Assembly: GCA_963751345.1 (NCBI GenBank)
Contig: CAVVUS010000014.1
Span: 32,001 to 96,000, forward strand
Length of the DNA stretch: 64,000 nucleotides
DNA from: an uncultured Chloroflexia bacterium
GTDB lineage: Bacteria; Chloroflexota; Anaerolineae; B4-G1; SLSP01
Reading direction: 5' to 3'
This document shows positions 19,552-30,906 of this stretch, piece after piece. Under the pieces are notes generated by a model, which was not told the DNA's origin, ran no database searches, and saw only the letters and a program-made list of their open reading frames with translations. Each line of letters opens with the position of its first letter. The first letter of the stretch is position 1. The position numbers were made by a program, and so were the translations under genes.

Positions 19552-21703
19552 ATGCCAGAGCAAATCAACTCACCCATCGTCCTTGAGAACGACTCACTGC
19601 GGCTGACCTTCGACCGCGCGACCGGCGCCCTGACCGGTCTGACCGCCATCGAGACCGGGTGGACGCTGCTCGACCGCCCGCACCTGGGCCTGTCGTTTCG
19701 CCTGCTGGTGCCGCTGCGACGATCGGATGAGGATCTACTCACCGGTCGCCGCGACAACGCCGTCCTGGGCGAAAAACAGACGGTCACGTCCGTCCGAGTC
19801 GCCGAGGATGACCAGAGCGTCACCTTCGTGTGGGACGGTGTGACGTCGGAGCTTGGCGGGCCGATGGACATCAAGCTTACCCTGCAGGTCACACTCTCCG
19901 CACGGCAGGCCATCTTCGCCATGACCGTCGAAAACCATTCCGAGCACATCGTCGAGAACGTCTACTGCCCCTACCTGGGCGACGTGGCGCACCCCGAGGG
20001 CGCGGCGTGGTTCAAGACGTTCATCTACCAATACGCTACGGCGAACGAGTGGTCGCTGTGGCCGACCTTCCAGAACATGCGCGGTTATTTTGGCGTCGAC
20101 TTCCCCACCCAGGTCGCCCAGTGGAGCCCGGGCGTCGGCGCCCCGATGTCACCCTACATCCTGCTGCGCGACGAGGATCAAGGGCTCTACGTCGGCGTGG
20201 CCGAGCCCAGTGCCGAGCTCGTCGCCTGGCACGCCGAGCTGCGGCCCGGCTACGGCAGCTCCATCGACGCCCGCGTATCGGGGGGACAGGTGCCGAATAC
20301 ACGTACGATTTCGGGAAAGGATATCGCCACGCGGTTCGCGGCCGTCCACATTCCCTATATCATGCCGGGCGAGACCCGTGCGCTCACGCCGGTGGCGCTG
20401 GAGGCCTATCAAGGCGGCTGGCAGCAGGGCGTGGACGTCTACAAGCGGTGGCGCAACACGTGGATGACAACCCCCGAGCTGCCCGCGTGGGCCCGCGACC
20501 CGCACGCCTGGCAGCAGATTCACATCAACTCGCCCGAGGACGAGCTGCGCCTCCCGTTCCGCGATCTCATCAAGGTCGGCGAGGAGTGCGCTCGCCACGG
20601 CGTCAAGGCGATCCAGCTCACAGGGTGGACGATCGGGGGCCAGGATCAGGGCAACCCGTCGCACGATCCCGACCCGCGCCTGGGCACCTTCGAGGAACTC
20701 CGCGACGCCATCGCCAAGGTCCAGGCAATGGGCGTCAAGGTGATCCTCTTTGCCAAATTCACCTGGGCCGATCGGGCGACCAAGCGCTTCCGCACCGAGT
20801 TGGTCAAGCACGCGATCAAGGACCCCTACGGCGACTATCAGATGCACCCCGGCTACGAGTACCAGACGATGACCCAGCTCCTCGGGATCAACACGAAGCG
20901 CCTGATCCCGATGTGTTTCCTGAGCGAGAACTATCTGCAGGTCTGCGAGGAGGAGTTCCAGAAGACGCTCGACCTGGGCGCCGATGGCATCCTCTTCGAC
21001 GAATGCCTCCACCACGGCCCGGCGCTGCTCTGCTTCGACGAGAGCCACGGCCACCGCTACGGCGCGCCGGTCTATGCCAACGACCGGCTGCTGATCCAGC
21101 GCTTTGCCGAGATGGCCCATCGCCAGAACCCCGACTTCCTCTTCGCCGCGGAGGCCGCCTACGACTGGGAGTTCGAGGCCTACCACGCCTCTTACCACCG
21201 CAGCGAGAGCAAGCGCCACATCCCGCTGAGCCGCTATATGCTGCCCGACGTCCCGTTGATCACGGCGGTGACCGGCTTCGACGACCGGAATATGGTCAAC
21301 CAGTGCCTGCTCTACCGCTACGCCATCAGCTACGAGCCCTACAACTTCAAGGGTCACCTCGACGACTACCCGCTGACGATGGCCTACGGCGAGCAGATGG
21401 ACGCCCTGCGCACGGAGCTGCGCGGCTATTTCTGGGACGGCGAGTTCCGCCACGAGGTTGGCGCGACCGTCACCGCCGAAGGCGAAGCCGCACCACCCGT
21501 ACGCAGTCTTCATCAACCGCGAGAACGGCAAGCCCGGCGTGGCCGTCGCCAACTACGACGAGGAGGAAACCATCACGGTCCGCGTCTCGGCGGACGACGG
21601 GTCCCCGCTGACTCGCTACCGGCTCGTGGACGACCCGGTGTGGCAGTCGACGAAGGACGGCGTCGTCCTGCCCCCCTGCTCGGCGGCGGTGGTCATTGCG
21701 TAG
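19552..21703 (+). CDS. DUF6259-like / TIM-barrel glycoside hydrolase (frameshift near 21490)
   Basis: N-terminal beta-sandwich, GWTIGGQD, PDPRLGT and GADGILFDE; the C-terminus continues in ORF 21458..21703. Confidence 0.6.
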
Positions 21704-22772
21704 GCTCTGACCCCGCCGCCTCGCGTTCGAGGATGGCCCGCTTGCGGTCGAGGCCCCAGCGGTACCCGCCAAGGCCGCCGTCACTGCGCACCACGCGGTG
21801 GCACGGGATGGCGACCGCAATGTGGTTCGCGGCGCACGCTTGCGCCACGGCGCGCGCTGCCTTCGGGCTGCCGATCCGCGTGGCGATCTCAGAGTAGCTA
21901 GCCGTCGCGCCCGCAGGGATCTCCTGCAGCGCGGCCCAGACCCGCCGCTGGAAGGCCGTGCCCTGGATGTCCAGCGGCAACGATTGCCCACGGTCGGGTG
22001 CTTCCAGCATCGCGATGACCTCGTTCACCATCGTGTCGAGGTCCGGGTCGTCCGTCCGCAGCTCGGCCTCGGGAAAAGCGGCGCGCATCCGCGCATCCAG
22101 CGCCCCGGGCGAACCTCCAAGGTCGATGCGGCAGATGCCCTGATCTGTCGCCGCCACCAGCACAAACCCAAGGTAACATGGTGCAACCGCATATCGAATC
22201 ACGATACCCTCCCCTCCATTCCGGTATTCCGACGGCTTCATCCCCAGCGCTGGGGCATCTGTCGCATAAAAGCGGCTCGCGGACTCGTACCCGGCGTCGT
22301 AGATGGCGTCGGTAACCGAGGCCTCATCCTGCAGACCGGTTCGCACCCGGTCCAGCCGTTTCTCCATCGCGTACTGCTTGGGCGAGACCCCAACGATCTC
22401 TTTGAAGAGCCGCTGAAAGTGGTAGGGACTGTATCCGGTGAGCTCGGCCAGCTCGCGCAGCGAGGGCGCATGGTCCGCGCTCTCGATGAGGCGGCAGGCC
22501 TCCAGCACGGCGTCTCGTCCGGGATCGGCGGGCGCCCCGGTCTCGCGAGGCGTGCAGCGTCTGCAGGGGCGGAGGCCCGCCGCCTCGGCCATCTGCCACG
22601 TGTCAAAGAAGCGCACGTTCTCGCGGTTGGGCAGGCGCGAGGCACACCCCGGCCGGCAGTAGATCCCGGTCGTCACGACGCCGTAGACGAAGTCGCCGCG
22701 GGCACTCTCATCACGCCGGACAACTGCCGCCCAACGACGCGACACTTTCACTTGATTCTCAGCTCTTGCCAT
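21693..22772 (-). CRISPR. CDS: bifunctional Ada regulator/O6-methylguanine-DNA methyltransferase (see duplicate CDS entry)
   Basis: Type label entered in error; not a CRISPR array. Use the following CDS entry. Confidence 0.
21693..22772 (-). CDS. ada: Bifunctional Ada regulator/O6-methylguanine-DNA methyltransferase
   Basis: TTGIYCRPGC, RPCRRC, AraC HTH and IPCHRV active site. Confidence 0.96.
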   Translation of the reverse strand: MARAENQVKVSRRWAAVVRRDESARGDFVYGVVTTGIYCRPGCASRLPNRENVRFFDTWQMAEAAGLRPCRRCTPRETGAPADPGRDAVLEACRLIESADHAPSLRELAELTGYSPYHFQRLFKEIVGVSPKQYAMEKRLDRVRTGLQDEASVTDAIYDAGYESASRFYATDAPALGMKPSEYRNGGEGIVIRYAVAPCYLGFVLVAATDQGICRIDLGGSPGALDARMRAAFPEAELRTDDPDLDTMVNEVIAMLEAPDRGQSLPLDIQGTAFQRRVWAALQEIPAGATASYSEIATRIGSPKAARAVAQACAANHIAVAIPCHRVVRSDGGLGGYRWGLDRKRAILEREAAGSEPTQ

Positions 22773-22819
22773 CGTCTCTCTCCAGAAACGCTACCCTCTG
22801 TACTAACGTTACAGTCCTC

Positions 22820-22868
22820 AGTATACCGATGGGGCAGACGAAAGCTATGCGTTTCTTGCGGCGCAATT
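22820..22868 (-). promoter_or_regulatory. ada promoter with Ada box
   Basis: Minus strand AAT-TGCGCC-GCAA (A box-N6-B box, 22868-22856) and -10 TATACT (22825-22820). Confidence 0.7.
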
Positions 22869-22885
22869 ATAGGCAGCGGTCGCAA

Positions 22886-22925
22886 CAGACAGCCCCGGCA
22901 CGCGTACGCGTGCCGGGGCTGTCTG
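22886..22925. terminator. 40-bp perfect palindrome downstream of the heliorhodopsin gene
   Basis: CAGACAGCCCCGGCACGCGT|ACGCGTGCCGGGGCTGTCTG. Confidence 0.65.
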
Positions 22926-22944
22926 CAACCTACACCGGGAAGAC

Positions 22945-23725
22945 TCACACCGGCGCCAGCGTGCCGGCGAAGATCAGCCAGGCCAATACTGTCTTCGCGA
23001 CCAAGCTCAAGATGATGTACACACGTTCGCCGAAGAGATAGTTCCCCCAGCGTCCCACCTTCTTGTACTGGAGGACCATATTGACCGCGAAGGCGTTGAA
23101 GAAGACGAAGATCGTGGGGATAATCGTATACACGAAGGCCGGTGGCTTCGCATCCCCGGAGGAGAGCGCGCTCAGGAAGTACATTACGATGACGACCCAG
23201 GGGATGATCCCAGCGATGCTCCCGTAGACGAACGCCGTCCAATCCGTGCGCTTGGTCGTCTGATTGTGGAGCTCCATCATGATCCCGAAGAGGTTCATCA
23301 TCGCGTTGAGGCCGAACATCAGGATCATGCTGCCAAGATCCCAGATGCCTGTGAGCATGCCAATCAACACGATCATCAAGCGATGAACTGAGTGCATACT
23401 CGTAGAATCGAATGGGATTCATACCCCGCTTCAGGTTAGCGACATACCGTCGGTATCCCACTGTGGATAGGTAGAAGTGCGCCACCGCCGAGATCAGCAG
23501 GAATACGGCGACCGCCGGCCCGAAGCGCAGCTCGTAGATGAGCTTCGGATCAGGTACCAGTGAGAACGACTCCCTATCAAACCGCAGGAAGTTGGTGAAG
23601 ATCGGGTAAGTCGTGTCATTACTGAGCACGATCATGAGAATCCCCTGCACCAGGTGCAGGAAGCCCATTACAACGTTGAACCTTCGCAACCCAGTAAATG
23701 TCTTATCGGCAGTTTTATCGTTCAT
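22945..23725 (-). CDS. heR: Heliorhodopsin (one frameshift near 23380)
   Basis: LRRFN...FLHLVQG, SAVAHF, NPIRFYEYALSSS(L)MI and GERVYIILSLVAKTVLAWLIF with the retinal-binding Lys. Confidence 0.92.
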
Positions 23726-23763
23726 TGCTAGTCCTCGCCCTTCTCTTGTCGTGAATGAACCCA

Positions 23764-23792
23764 AGTATAGCACAATGGAGCATGTTTGTCAA
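23764..23792 (-). promoter_or_regulatory. Heliorhodopsin promoter
   Basis: TTGACA-N17-TATACT on the minus strand. Confidence 0.75.
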
Positions 23793-23876
23793 TATATTGA
23801 ACATATTTATTGGTCAATATGTTAATCAATAGCCTTTGAGGCAGATAGGGCGCGATGCCACAATCGCGCAGTTTGG

Positions 23877-23934
23877 TTGACAACGGCCTGGATATCCAAT
23901 ACAATGAGACCAGTTACTTGGATATCCAAGTAAC
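23877..23934 (+). promoter_or_regulatory. MarR operon promoter with palindromic operator
   Basis: TTGACA-N17-TACAAT; perfect 22-bp palindrome GTTACTTGGATATCCAAGTAAC (23913-23934); a second TGGATATCCA in the spacer. Confidence 0.8.
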
Positions 23935-23962
23935 ATCCACCCATGTTTCCGTCGGAGGGACC

Positions 23963-24433
23963 ATGAATCGGGGCAATCCGCGCCCGGCAGATAACTCGGC
24001 ACATCTGATCAGTACCGCCCGGCGAGCCATCAACCAGTTCTTGGTTACGTCAATGGCGGCCTACGGGCTCGAGGGGTTAGCTCCATCGCATGGAGATATC
24101 ATCGCGACACTCCTCCAAGGAGACCCTATGACGATGAGTGAGCTTGCCGAGCGTATCCACCGCGACCGATCCACGGTCACGACCCTCGTCCATAAGCTGG
24201 TCGATCGTGGCTATGTGGCATTTGGGGATAACCCTGAGGACGCGAGATCCAAACTCGTCCATCTGACTGAGGCCGGACGGAACTTGAGTACGGTATTTGC
24301 GTGCATCTCACAGGAGCTCGCAGAGGTCACGTGGCGCGGTATTGGTGATGAGCATCGCCAGGTCTGCCGGGAGGCGCTCAAGCAGATCATCGGCAATTTC
24401 ACGGAATCAGTCGAACCTGGAGAGGAGCCTTGA
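23963..24433 (+). CDS. MarR family transcriptional regulator
   Basis: SELAERIHRDRSTVTTLVHKLVDRGYV...DARSKLVHLTEAG; GGAGG RBS. Confidence 0.92.
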   Translation: MNRGNPRPADNSAHLISTARRAINQFLVTSMAAYGLEGLAPSHGDIIATLLQGDPMTMSELAERIHRDRSTVTTLVHKLVDRGYVAFGDNPEDARSKLVHLTEAGRNLSTVFACISQELAEVTWRGIGDEHRQVCREALKQIIGNFTESVEPGEEP

Positions 24434-24434
24434 G

Positions 24435-25238
24435 ATGAAGAACGTTGTGTCCCTGGTGATGGTATTGCTTCTGGTGGTCACCGGCGTGCTCGGCTGCAAA
24501 CCAGCCCCAAAGGATGAGCTTGTCGTGGGCATGGAGCTGGCTTATCCACCCTTTGAGACCACGGATGAGCAAGGCAATCCCGATGGCATCAGTGTACAGA
24601 TGGCTTACGCCCTGGGCGAATACCTCAACCGCCCCGTGCGCATCGAGAATATGGCGTGGGCCGGCCTGATTCCATCCCTCACAACCGGCAAGATCGACAT
24701 CATCCTTTCGTCGATGACGATCACTGAAGAACGGGCAAAGACTGTGGCGTTCTCGGACCCCTATGCCAAGTCGCAGCTCTCCCTGTTGGTGAACAACGAC
24801 TCACCCGTCCAGGTCTTCGATGATCTCGCGGCACCCGGTCGCATGTTGGCAGTCAAGAAAGGAACCACGGGCCACATTTTCGCACTCGAACACCTACCCG
24901 AAGCAAACATCGTGGTCTTCGATAAGGAAAGCGCCGCTGTCCTTGAGGTGGCTCAGGGTCGGGCCGACGCCTTCATCTACGATGCACTGACCGTCTACCG
25001 CAACGCGCAGGATCACGCCACAACGCACGCCGTCTTCACGCCCTTCCAGGAGGACTACGAGTACTGGGGAATGGCGCTGCGCCAGGAGGACACCGAGCTC
25101 TTGCAGCAGGTCAACGCCTTTATCGCAGACTATCAGGCCAGGGGCGAAATCAACAAGCTGGCCGACACCTATCTGGGCGAGATCAAGCAAGTTTTTGATG
25201 CTCAGGGCCTTTCCTTCTTCTTCGACATCGGCGATTAG
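24435..25238 (+). CDS. Polar amino-acid ABC substrate-binding lipoprotein
   Basis: Lipobox VLGC, AYPPFE, MTITEER and KKGTTG motifs. Confidence 0.92.
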   Translation: MKNVVSLVMVLLLVVTGVLGCKPAPKDELVVGMELAYPPFETTDEQGNPDGISVQMAYALGEYLNRPVRIENMAWAGLIPSLTTGKIDIILSSMTITEERAKTVAFSDPYAKSQLSLLVNNDSPVQVFDDLAAPGRMLAVKKGTTGHIFALEHLPEANIVVFDKESAAVLEVAQGRADAFIYDALTVYRNAQDHATTHAVFTPFQEDYEYWGMALRQEDTELLQQVNAFIADYQARGEINKLADTYLGEIKQVFDAQGLSFFFDIGD

Positions 25239-25279
25239 GCAGTGCCATTGGTCGTGAAGTGCACAAAGAGGGAGATGCC

Positions 25280-26062
25280 ATGTCTGCCATCTTCGTAGCC
25301 AACGCGGACAACCCACGAACGAGCTCTCTGGCACGTTGGGTGAACATCCTGCTGGTGGGTGGCTTTATCGTCGCCATCGCGTGGGCCTCCCTCGCCAGCC
25401 TCAACTACACGTTCGACTGGAGTGTGATCTGGCGGTTCCGCGCGAAGTTCATTCGCGGGTACGAGATGACGCTCTTTATCTCCTTCTTTGCCCTCTTCCT
25501 GGCCCTGCTGATCGGCGCGGTTGGCGCACTGGCGCTGGAGGGCCAGGTGCTTTTCTTCAGGTACCTTGCCCGCGCTTACGTGGAGGGCATTCGCGGTACG
25601 CCCTTTCTGGTCCAGATCAACTTCTTCTACTTCATCATCGCCACGGCGCTGGGGATGAACAGCAAGATTCTGCTGGGGATCGTCATTCAGTCCATCTTCA
25701 CCGGTGCCTATGTGACCGAGATCATCCGCGGGGGCATTCAGAGCATCCCGCAATCTCAGTGGGTCACGGCACGCGCGCTGTCGTTCTCACGATGGCAAAC
25801 CTACCGCTTCATCGTCTTTCCCCAGGTCCTGCGACGCATCCTGCCGTCGCTGGCAGGTCAGCTTTCGTCCCTGGTCAAGGACTCGTCGCTGCTTTCGGTG
25901 ATCGCCGTGAGCGAATTCACCATGAACGTGATGGAAGTGGATGCTCTGACCTTCAGGACCTTCGAGAACCTGACCTTCCTGGCCTTTGGGTACCTCGCCA
26001 TCACGATCCCTATCTCGCTGCTCTCAAAGCAACTGGAGAAGAAGTTCTTCTATGCGTCTTGA
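25280..26062 (+). CDS. Amino-acid ABC permease
   Basis: RGTPFLVQ, EIIRGGIQSIP and KDSSL motifs. Confidence 0.92.
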   Translation: MSAIFVANADNPRTSSLARWVNILLVGGFIVAIAWASLASLNYTFDWSVIWRFRAKFIRGYEMTLFISFFALFLALLIGAVGALALEGQVLFFRYLARAYVEGIRGTPFLVQINFFYFIIATALGMNSKILLGIVIQSIFTGAYVTEIIRGGIQSIPQSQWVTARALSFSRWQTYRFIVFPQVLRRILPSLAGQLSSLVKDSSLLSVIAVSEFTMNVMEVDALTFRTFENLTFLAFGYLAITIPISLLSKQLEKKFFYAS

Positions 26063-26781
26063 TATCGAGGACCTGGTCATGACCTATGATGGCCAAGACG
26101 CGCTGAATGGGCTATCGATATCCCTCAAAGATATCCATTCGCTCGTGGTCATCGGCCCTTCCGGCGGTGGGAAATCCACGCTGTTACGCGTTCTGGCGGG
26201 ACTGGAGAGGCCTAACAGAGGGAAAGTGATCGTCAACGGCACACCGCTCGTCTTCGAGGAGAAGTGGCTGCGCGGCTACCGCAAACAAACGGGGGTTGTC
26301 TTCCAGGCCTACAACCTCTTCCCGCACTGGACCTCGCTGCAGAACATCACCGTGCCGCTGGTAAAAGTCCACCGGCATGGGATTCGATGCAGCGGAAAAG
26401 CTGGCATTGGAACTGATGACGCAGTTCGGACTGGCAGACCACGCGCACAAGACGCCGGCGCAGCTCTCGGGCGGACAACAGCAGCGCATCGCCATCGCTC
26501 GGGCCCTCGCCATTCAGCCGGCGATCCTGCTGCTCGATGAACCAACCAGCGCCCTCGACCCTCAACTCACCCACGAAGTATTGGACATGATCCTGGCTCT
26601 CAAGGAACAACGTCGCGATCTGATCTTGGTGACCCACGAGATGGCATTCGCCCGGATCGCTGCCGACTACGTGCTTTACATCGACGGGGGCAGGTTGGTG
26701 GAGCACGGATCGGCTGACGTCCTTTTCACGAATCCCCAGACCCCGGAACTGAATGCGTTCCTCGAGCACATCCTGTCCTGA
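26052..26781 (+). CDS. Amino-acid ABC ATP-binding protein (frameshift near 26375)
   Basis: [17 protein letters not shown] and DEPTSALD motifs. Confidence 0.9.
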
Positions 26782-26816
26782 TTCCGTTGCGGGACTTCGG
26801 ACAATCGATGCTGGGT

Positions 26817-26845
26817 TTGACATTTTCCAGAGTCACCTTTATACT
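26817..26845 (+). promoter_or_regulatory. Promoter of the ABC exporter operon
   Basis: TTGACA-N17-TATACT. Confidence 0.75.
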
Positions 26846-26873
26846 GTGCATAGTTCTGGAGGTATCCGATACG

Positions 26874-26903
26874 ATGGTGAGCGACAACAACTCCCTGCAC
26901 TAA
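26874..26903 (+). CDS. Putative leader uORF MVSDNNSLH
   Basis: GGAGG RBS just after the predicted TSS; ATG...TAA. Confidence 0.5.
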   Translation: MVSDNNSLH

Positions 26904-27065
26904 TACCCAACCTGTAGGATCTCGCGCGGGTTGCCCCGCGCCCGGTTTCTCCTACGATTGGGTAACGCCAGTACGGTGCGTGCCTACCGGTGGCGCTGAT
27001 GGTGTTATGGGAGCACGTTGTCGCAGTGCGTCTCTAGGGGCTCGCCCCTACCCGTATCAACATTG

Positions 27066-27105
27066 AGGCCGTGGACGTCTGTGACGTCCGCGGCCTTTTC
27101 TTTTT
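27066..27105 (+). terminator. Leader terminator (attenuator) before the ABC exporters
   Basis: AGGCCGTGGACGTC-TGT-GACGTCCGCGGCCT followed by TTTCTTTTT, 25 nt before ATG 27130. Confidence 0.8.
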
Positions 27106-27129
27106 GCCCGGACACACAAAGGACCATCG

Positions 27130-28969
27130 ATGAAACTACCGATCAAGCGTTACTGGGCCCTGTTGCGAACCTATCTGCGCCCGCAGCAGCGTCGCCTGAT
27201 CCTGCTCGCCGTGCTGCTGGCCCTCAAGATCGCCTCGCGTCTGGTGAACCCACAGATCATGCGCTCCTTCCTCGATCAGGCGATGACAGGCACCGGCACG
27301 CCGGTGCTGCTCCGGGAGGCTGGGCTCTTCTTCGCAATTGCCGCGGTCACCCAGGTGCTCACGGTCGTCAGTGTCTCCGTCGGTGAGACGGTCGCGTGGA
27401 CCGCTACCAACGCGCTGCGCCTAGATCTGCTGCGCCACTGCCTCGGCCTGGATATGACGTTCCACAAAGCGCATCGGCCCGGCGAACTCACCGAACGCAT
27501 TGATACCGACGTCGACGCACTCTCCAACTTCTTCTCACGATTCGTTGTCAACGTCATCGGAAACGGCGTGCTGGCGATCGGCATCCTGGCGCTTATCTTC
27601 GGGCAGGGCTGGCAGTACGGTGCGACCTTCACGATCTATGCCGCCATCGGCCTGCTCGTCCTGATGCGGCTCCGGAACTTCGCCACGCCCTTCTGGACCC
27701 GGCTTCACGAGATTCAGGCGCAGTTCTACGGGTTCCTCGGCGAGCAATTCTCAGGGACCGAGGACGTCCGCGCCAATGGCGCACAGGGCTACGTGATGCG
27801 CCGATTCTACGAGTACCTGCGGCAATGGCTGCCGATCAACCGCAATGCCAGTCTGGCCGGATACTCCGGTTGGATGACCAACGCAGCCCTTGTGGCTGCG
27901 GGTGAGGTGCTGGCCTATGCGCTACCGGGCTACTACTTCTTCCGTGGGCAACTCACCATCGGCCAGGCCTATTTGATCGGTGACTACATGGGCCTGCTCT
28001 TCGGACAGATCGCCGAGCTCCGCTGGCAGATCACGGATCTGCAGCACGCCGAAGCCGGGATCAACCGCATCCACGCGCTTTTCGGCCTCCGTTCCGCCCT
28101 ACCGGACGGTACGGGCGGGCCACTGCCCCAAGGTGCACTCTCCATTGCCTTCAGGGATGTCTCATTTGCTTACGCCGATACGTTGGGAGCTCGCCGCTCG
28201 GCGGATGCCCACCGACGACGATGGCGCGGACCCAGTCGAGGCACCTGCCCAAAAGGCCGCCCCACCGACTTCAGACGATCGCGTTCTGCATCACCTCGAT
28301 TTTGACCTTGCTCCGGGACGCGTCCTGGGGCTGCTGGGGCGCACGGGCAGCGGAAAGACCACGCTAGCGCGGCTTCTGCTGCGGCTCTACGACCCCACCG
28401 AGGGAGAGGTCCACGTGGGCGGGCTGCCGCTTACGGAGGCCTCACGGCGCGACGTCCGGCGGCGAATCGCGCTGGTGACACAGGAGGTGCAGCTCTTCCA
28501 GTCCAGCGTGCGCGACAATCTGACCCTATTCAACCCGGCGATATCGGATACGGCGATCGAGGACGTGCTCGGGCGGCTGGGGCTTGGTGAGTGGCTGGCG
28601 ATGCTGCCCGAGGGGTTGGACACGGAGCTCGGCAGTGACGGCGGCGGGCTCTCCGCCGGGCAGGCACAACTACTGGCCTTCGCCCGCGTCTTCCTGGCAG
28701 CCCCCGACCTGGTGATCCTCGACGAAGCATCGTCCCGGCTGGACCCGGCAACGGAGCAACTCATCGAGCATGCCGTGGATCTCCTGTTGGCCGGGCGCAC
28801 CGGCGTCGTGATCGCACACCGGCTCAACACAGTGCAGCGAGCGGACGAGATCCTGATCCTGGAGGACGGGCATATTCGCGAGCACGGCGAGCGGGCGCAC
28901 CTGGCTGCCGATCCCGACTCACACTTCTATCATCTCCTGCAGACGGGTCTGCAGGACGTGCTGGCGTAG
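27130..28969 (+). CDS. ABC exporter half-transporter (frameshift near 28190)
   Basis: TMD plus GRTGSGKT, LSAGQ and DEASS. Confidence 0.88.
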
Positions 28970-28981
28970 AGAGGACCGGAA

Positions 28982-30856
28982 ATGACTGCCATTACACAGA
29001 AGTCACAGTTCGGCCGCGCAGCCAAGGCCCCATCGAAGGCCGCCCTGAGCACAGGGCAGATGGTGTGGCGCCTGATCGCCTACAGACCCTGGTGGTCCGC
29101 CGGCTTCCTGGCCATCTGGATTGTGATCCACATCATGGAGTTGACGCCGCGCATCGGGACGAAACTCTTCTTCGACACGCTGACCGGCGACAAGCCTTTT
29201 CGCTTTGGGATCACGGGCATCGTCGTCTACACCCTCGTCACGCGGGGCTTCCACATCCTCACGATCGGAACCGGCGCCATCGTGAGCGCCCGTCAGAAAT
29301 TCGGTGTCGGTTCCCTGTTACGCCGGAATCTGCTCGCACACATCCTCAACCGGCCCGGCGCGCGGGCGGTGCCCGGCGCGCCCGGCGAGGCGCTCAACAC
29401 CATCCGCGACGACGTGGGCGAGATCGAGTCCACCATGGGCTGGCTCGCCGACCAGATCGCGATCTTCACGTACACGGCAGTGACGCTCGGTCTGATGATC
29501 AGCATCAACGCCAGAATCGCCCTCCTCTCCCTGCTCCCGCTGGCGGTCGTCATCCTGATCTCGCGGGCGATGGCGACCCACGCGGAGCGCTACCGGCAGG
29601 CCAGCCGGGCTGCCACATCACGCGTCAGTGGCGCGCTGACCGAGATCCTGAGCGCTGTGCAAGCGATCAAGGTGGCCGGGGCGGAGCCCCACGCAGCATC
29701 ATACGTCGACGCTCTGGGCAAGCAGCGCCAGTACGCCATGGTACGAGATCGCTCGCTCAATCAGATGCTCTACTCGATGTGCGAAGAAGCGGGTGCGCTC
29801 AGCACGGGCTTCATCCTGATGTTGGTCGCAGGCGCCATCCGAGACAACTCGTTCACGATCGGCGACTTCGCTTTCTTTGTCACCTGCCTGGATAGCTTCA
29901 CGATGCTCATCGTCGAGGCCGGTGGCTTCACCACGCGCCTCAAGCAGGCGGGGGTCGCGTTCCGGCGCCTGATGGAGTTGATGGAGAATACGAACACTGA
30001 CAGCGCAGAAGACAAGGGCGGGAGCCAGAAGGAGGCCGGCGAATCGCTCGTGGCTCACCGGCCGATCTATCTGCGAAGCAACCTGCCCGCGATATCGAAG
30101 CCGGAGCCGGCTGTCGGGAGACCGTCTTGACTCGCTGGCCGTGCAGGGCCTGGCCTATCACTATCCGACTAACGGGACCGGATCTCCCTTTCGCATCAAG
30201 GATATCGGCTTCTCGCTACGCAGAGGTGACTTCGTCGTGATCACCGGACGCATCGGATCGGGCAAGACCACGCTGCTGCGGGCACTACTGGGACTTCTGC
30301 CGGCGCACGAGGGCACGGTCCTGTGGAATGGCACGCCGGTGCTGGACCGGGCCGCGTTCTTCACGCCGCCGCACAGCGCCTACACCGCCCAGATCCCCAC
30401 CTCTTCAGTGACACCTTGCGCGACAACATTCTGATGGGGCTGCCGGAGGATCGCGTGGACCTGGCGCGTGCGCTCCACCTCGCGGCGCTGGACCCTGACG
30501 TGGAGCGCATGCCCAACGGGTTGGAGACCGTCATCGGGCCCAAGGGCGTTCGGCTCTCCGGCGGGCAGCGCCAGCGTACCGCTGCCGCGCGCATGTTCGT
30601 GCGTGAGCCGGAGCTCCTCGTCTTCGACGACCTCTCCAGCGCATTGGATGTCGAGACGGAGCGGACGCTGTGGGAGAACGTCTTTGCGCGGACCGGCAGC
30701 CAGGGCGACGCCACCTGCCTGGTCGTCTCGCACCGCCGACCGGCGCTGCAGCGCGCCGATCAGATTGTGGTGCTCAAAGACGGGCGGATCGAGGCCAAGG
30801 GCACGCTCGACGAGCTCATGGCGACGAGCGAGGAAATGCGCCAGATCTGGGGATAA
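28982..30856 (+). CDS. ABC exporter half-transporter (frameshifts near 30125 and 30395)
   Basis: TMD plus [13 protein letters not shown] and the degenerate Walker B DDLSS. Confidence 0.88.
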
Positions 30857-30906
30857 TCTACCACTGCGAGCTCCAATTCTGCTAACATGCAGGATACGGG
30901 AGGGCA

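Noticed and set aside
19830-21611. Long alternative-frame and antisense ORFs (e.g. 593 aa; also 33202..34506 and 30468..32024)
   Set aside because: Shadow ORFs of high-GC genes with Arg/Pro/Gly-rich composition and no recognisable motifs.
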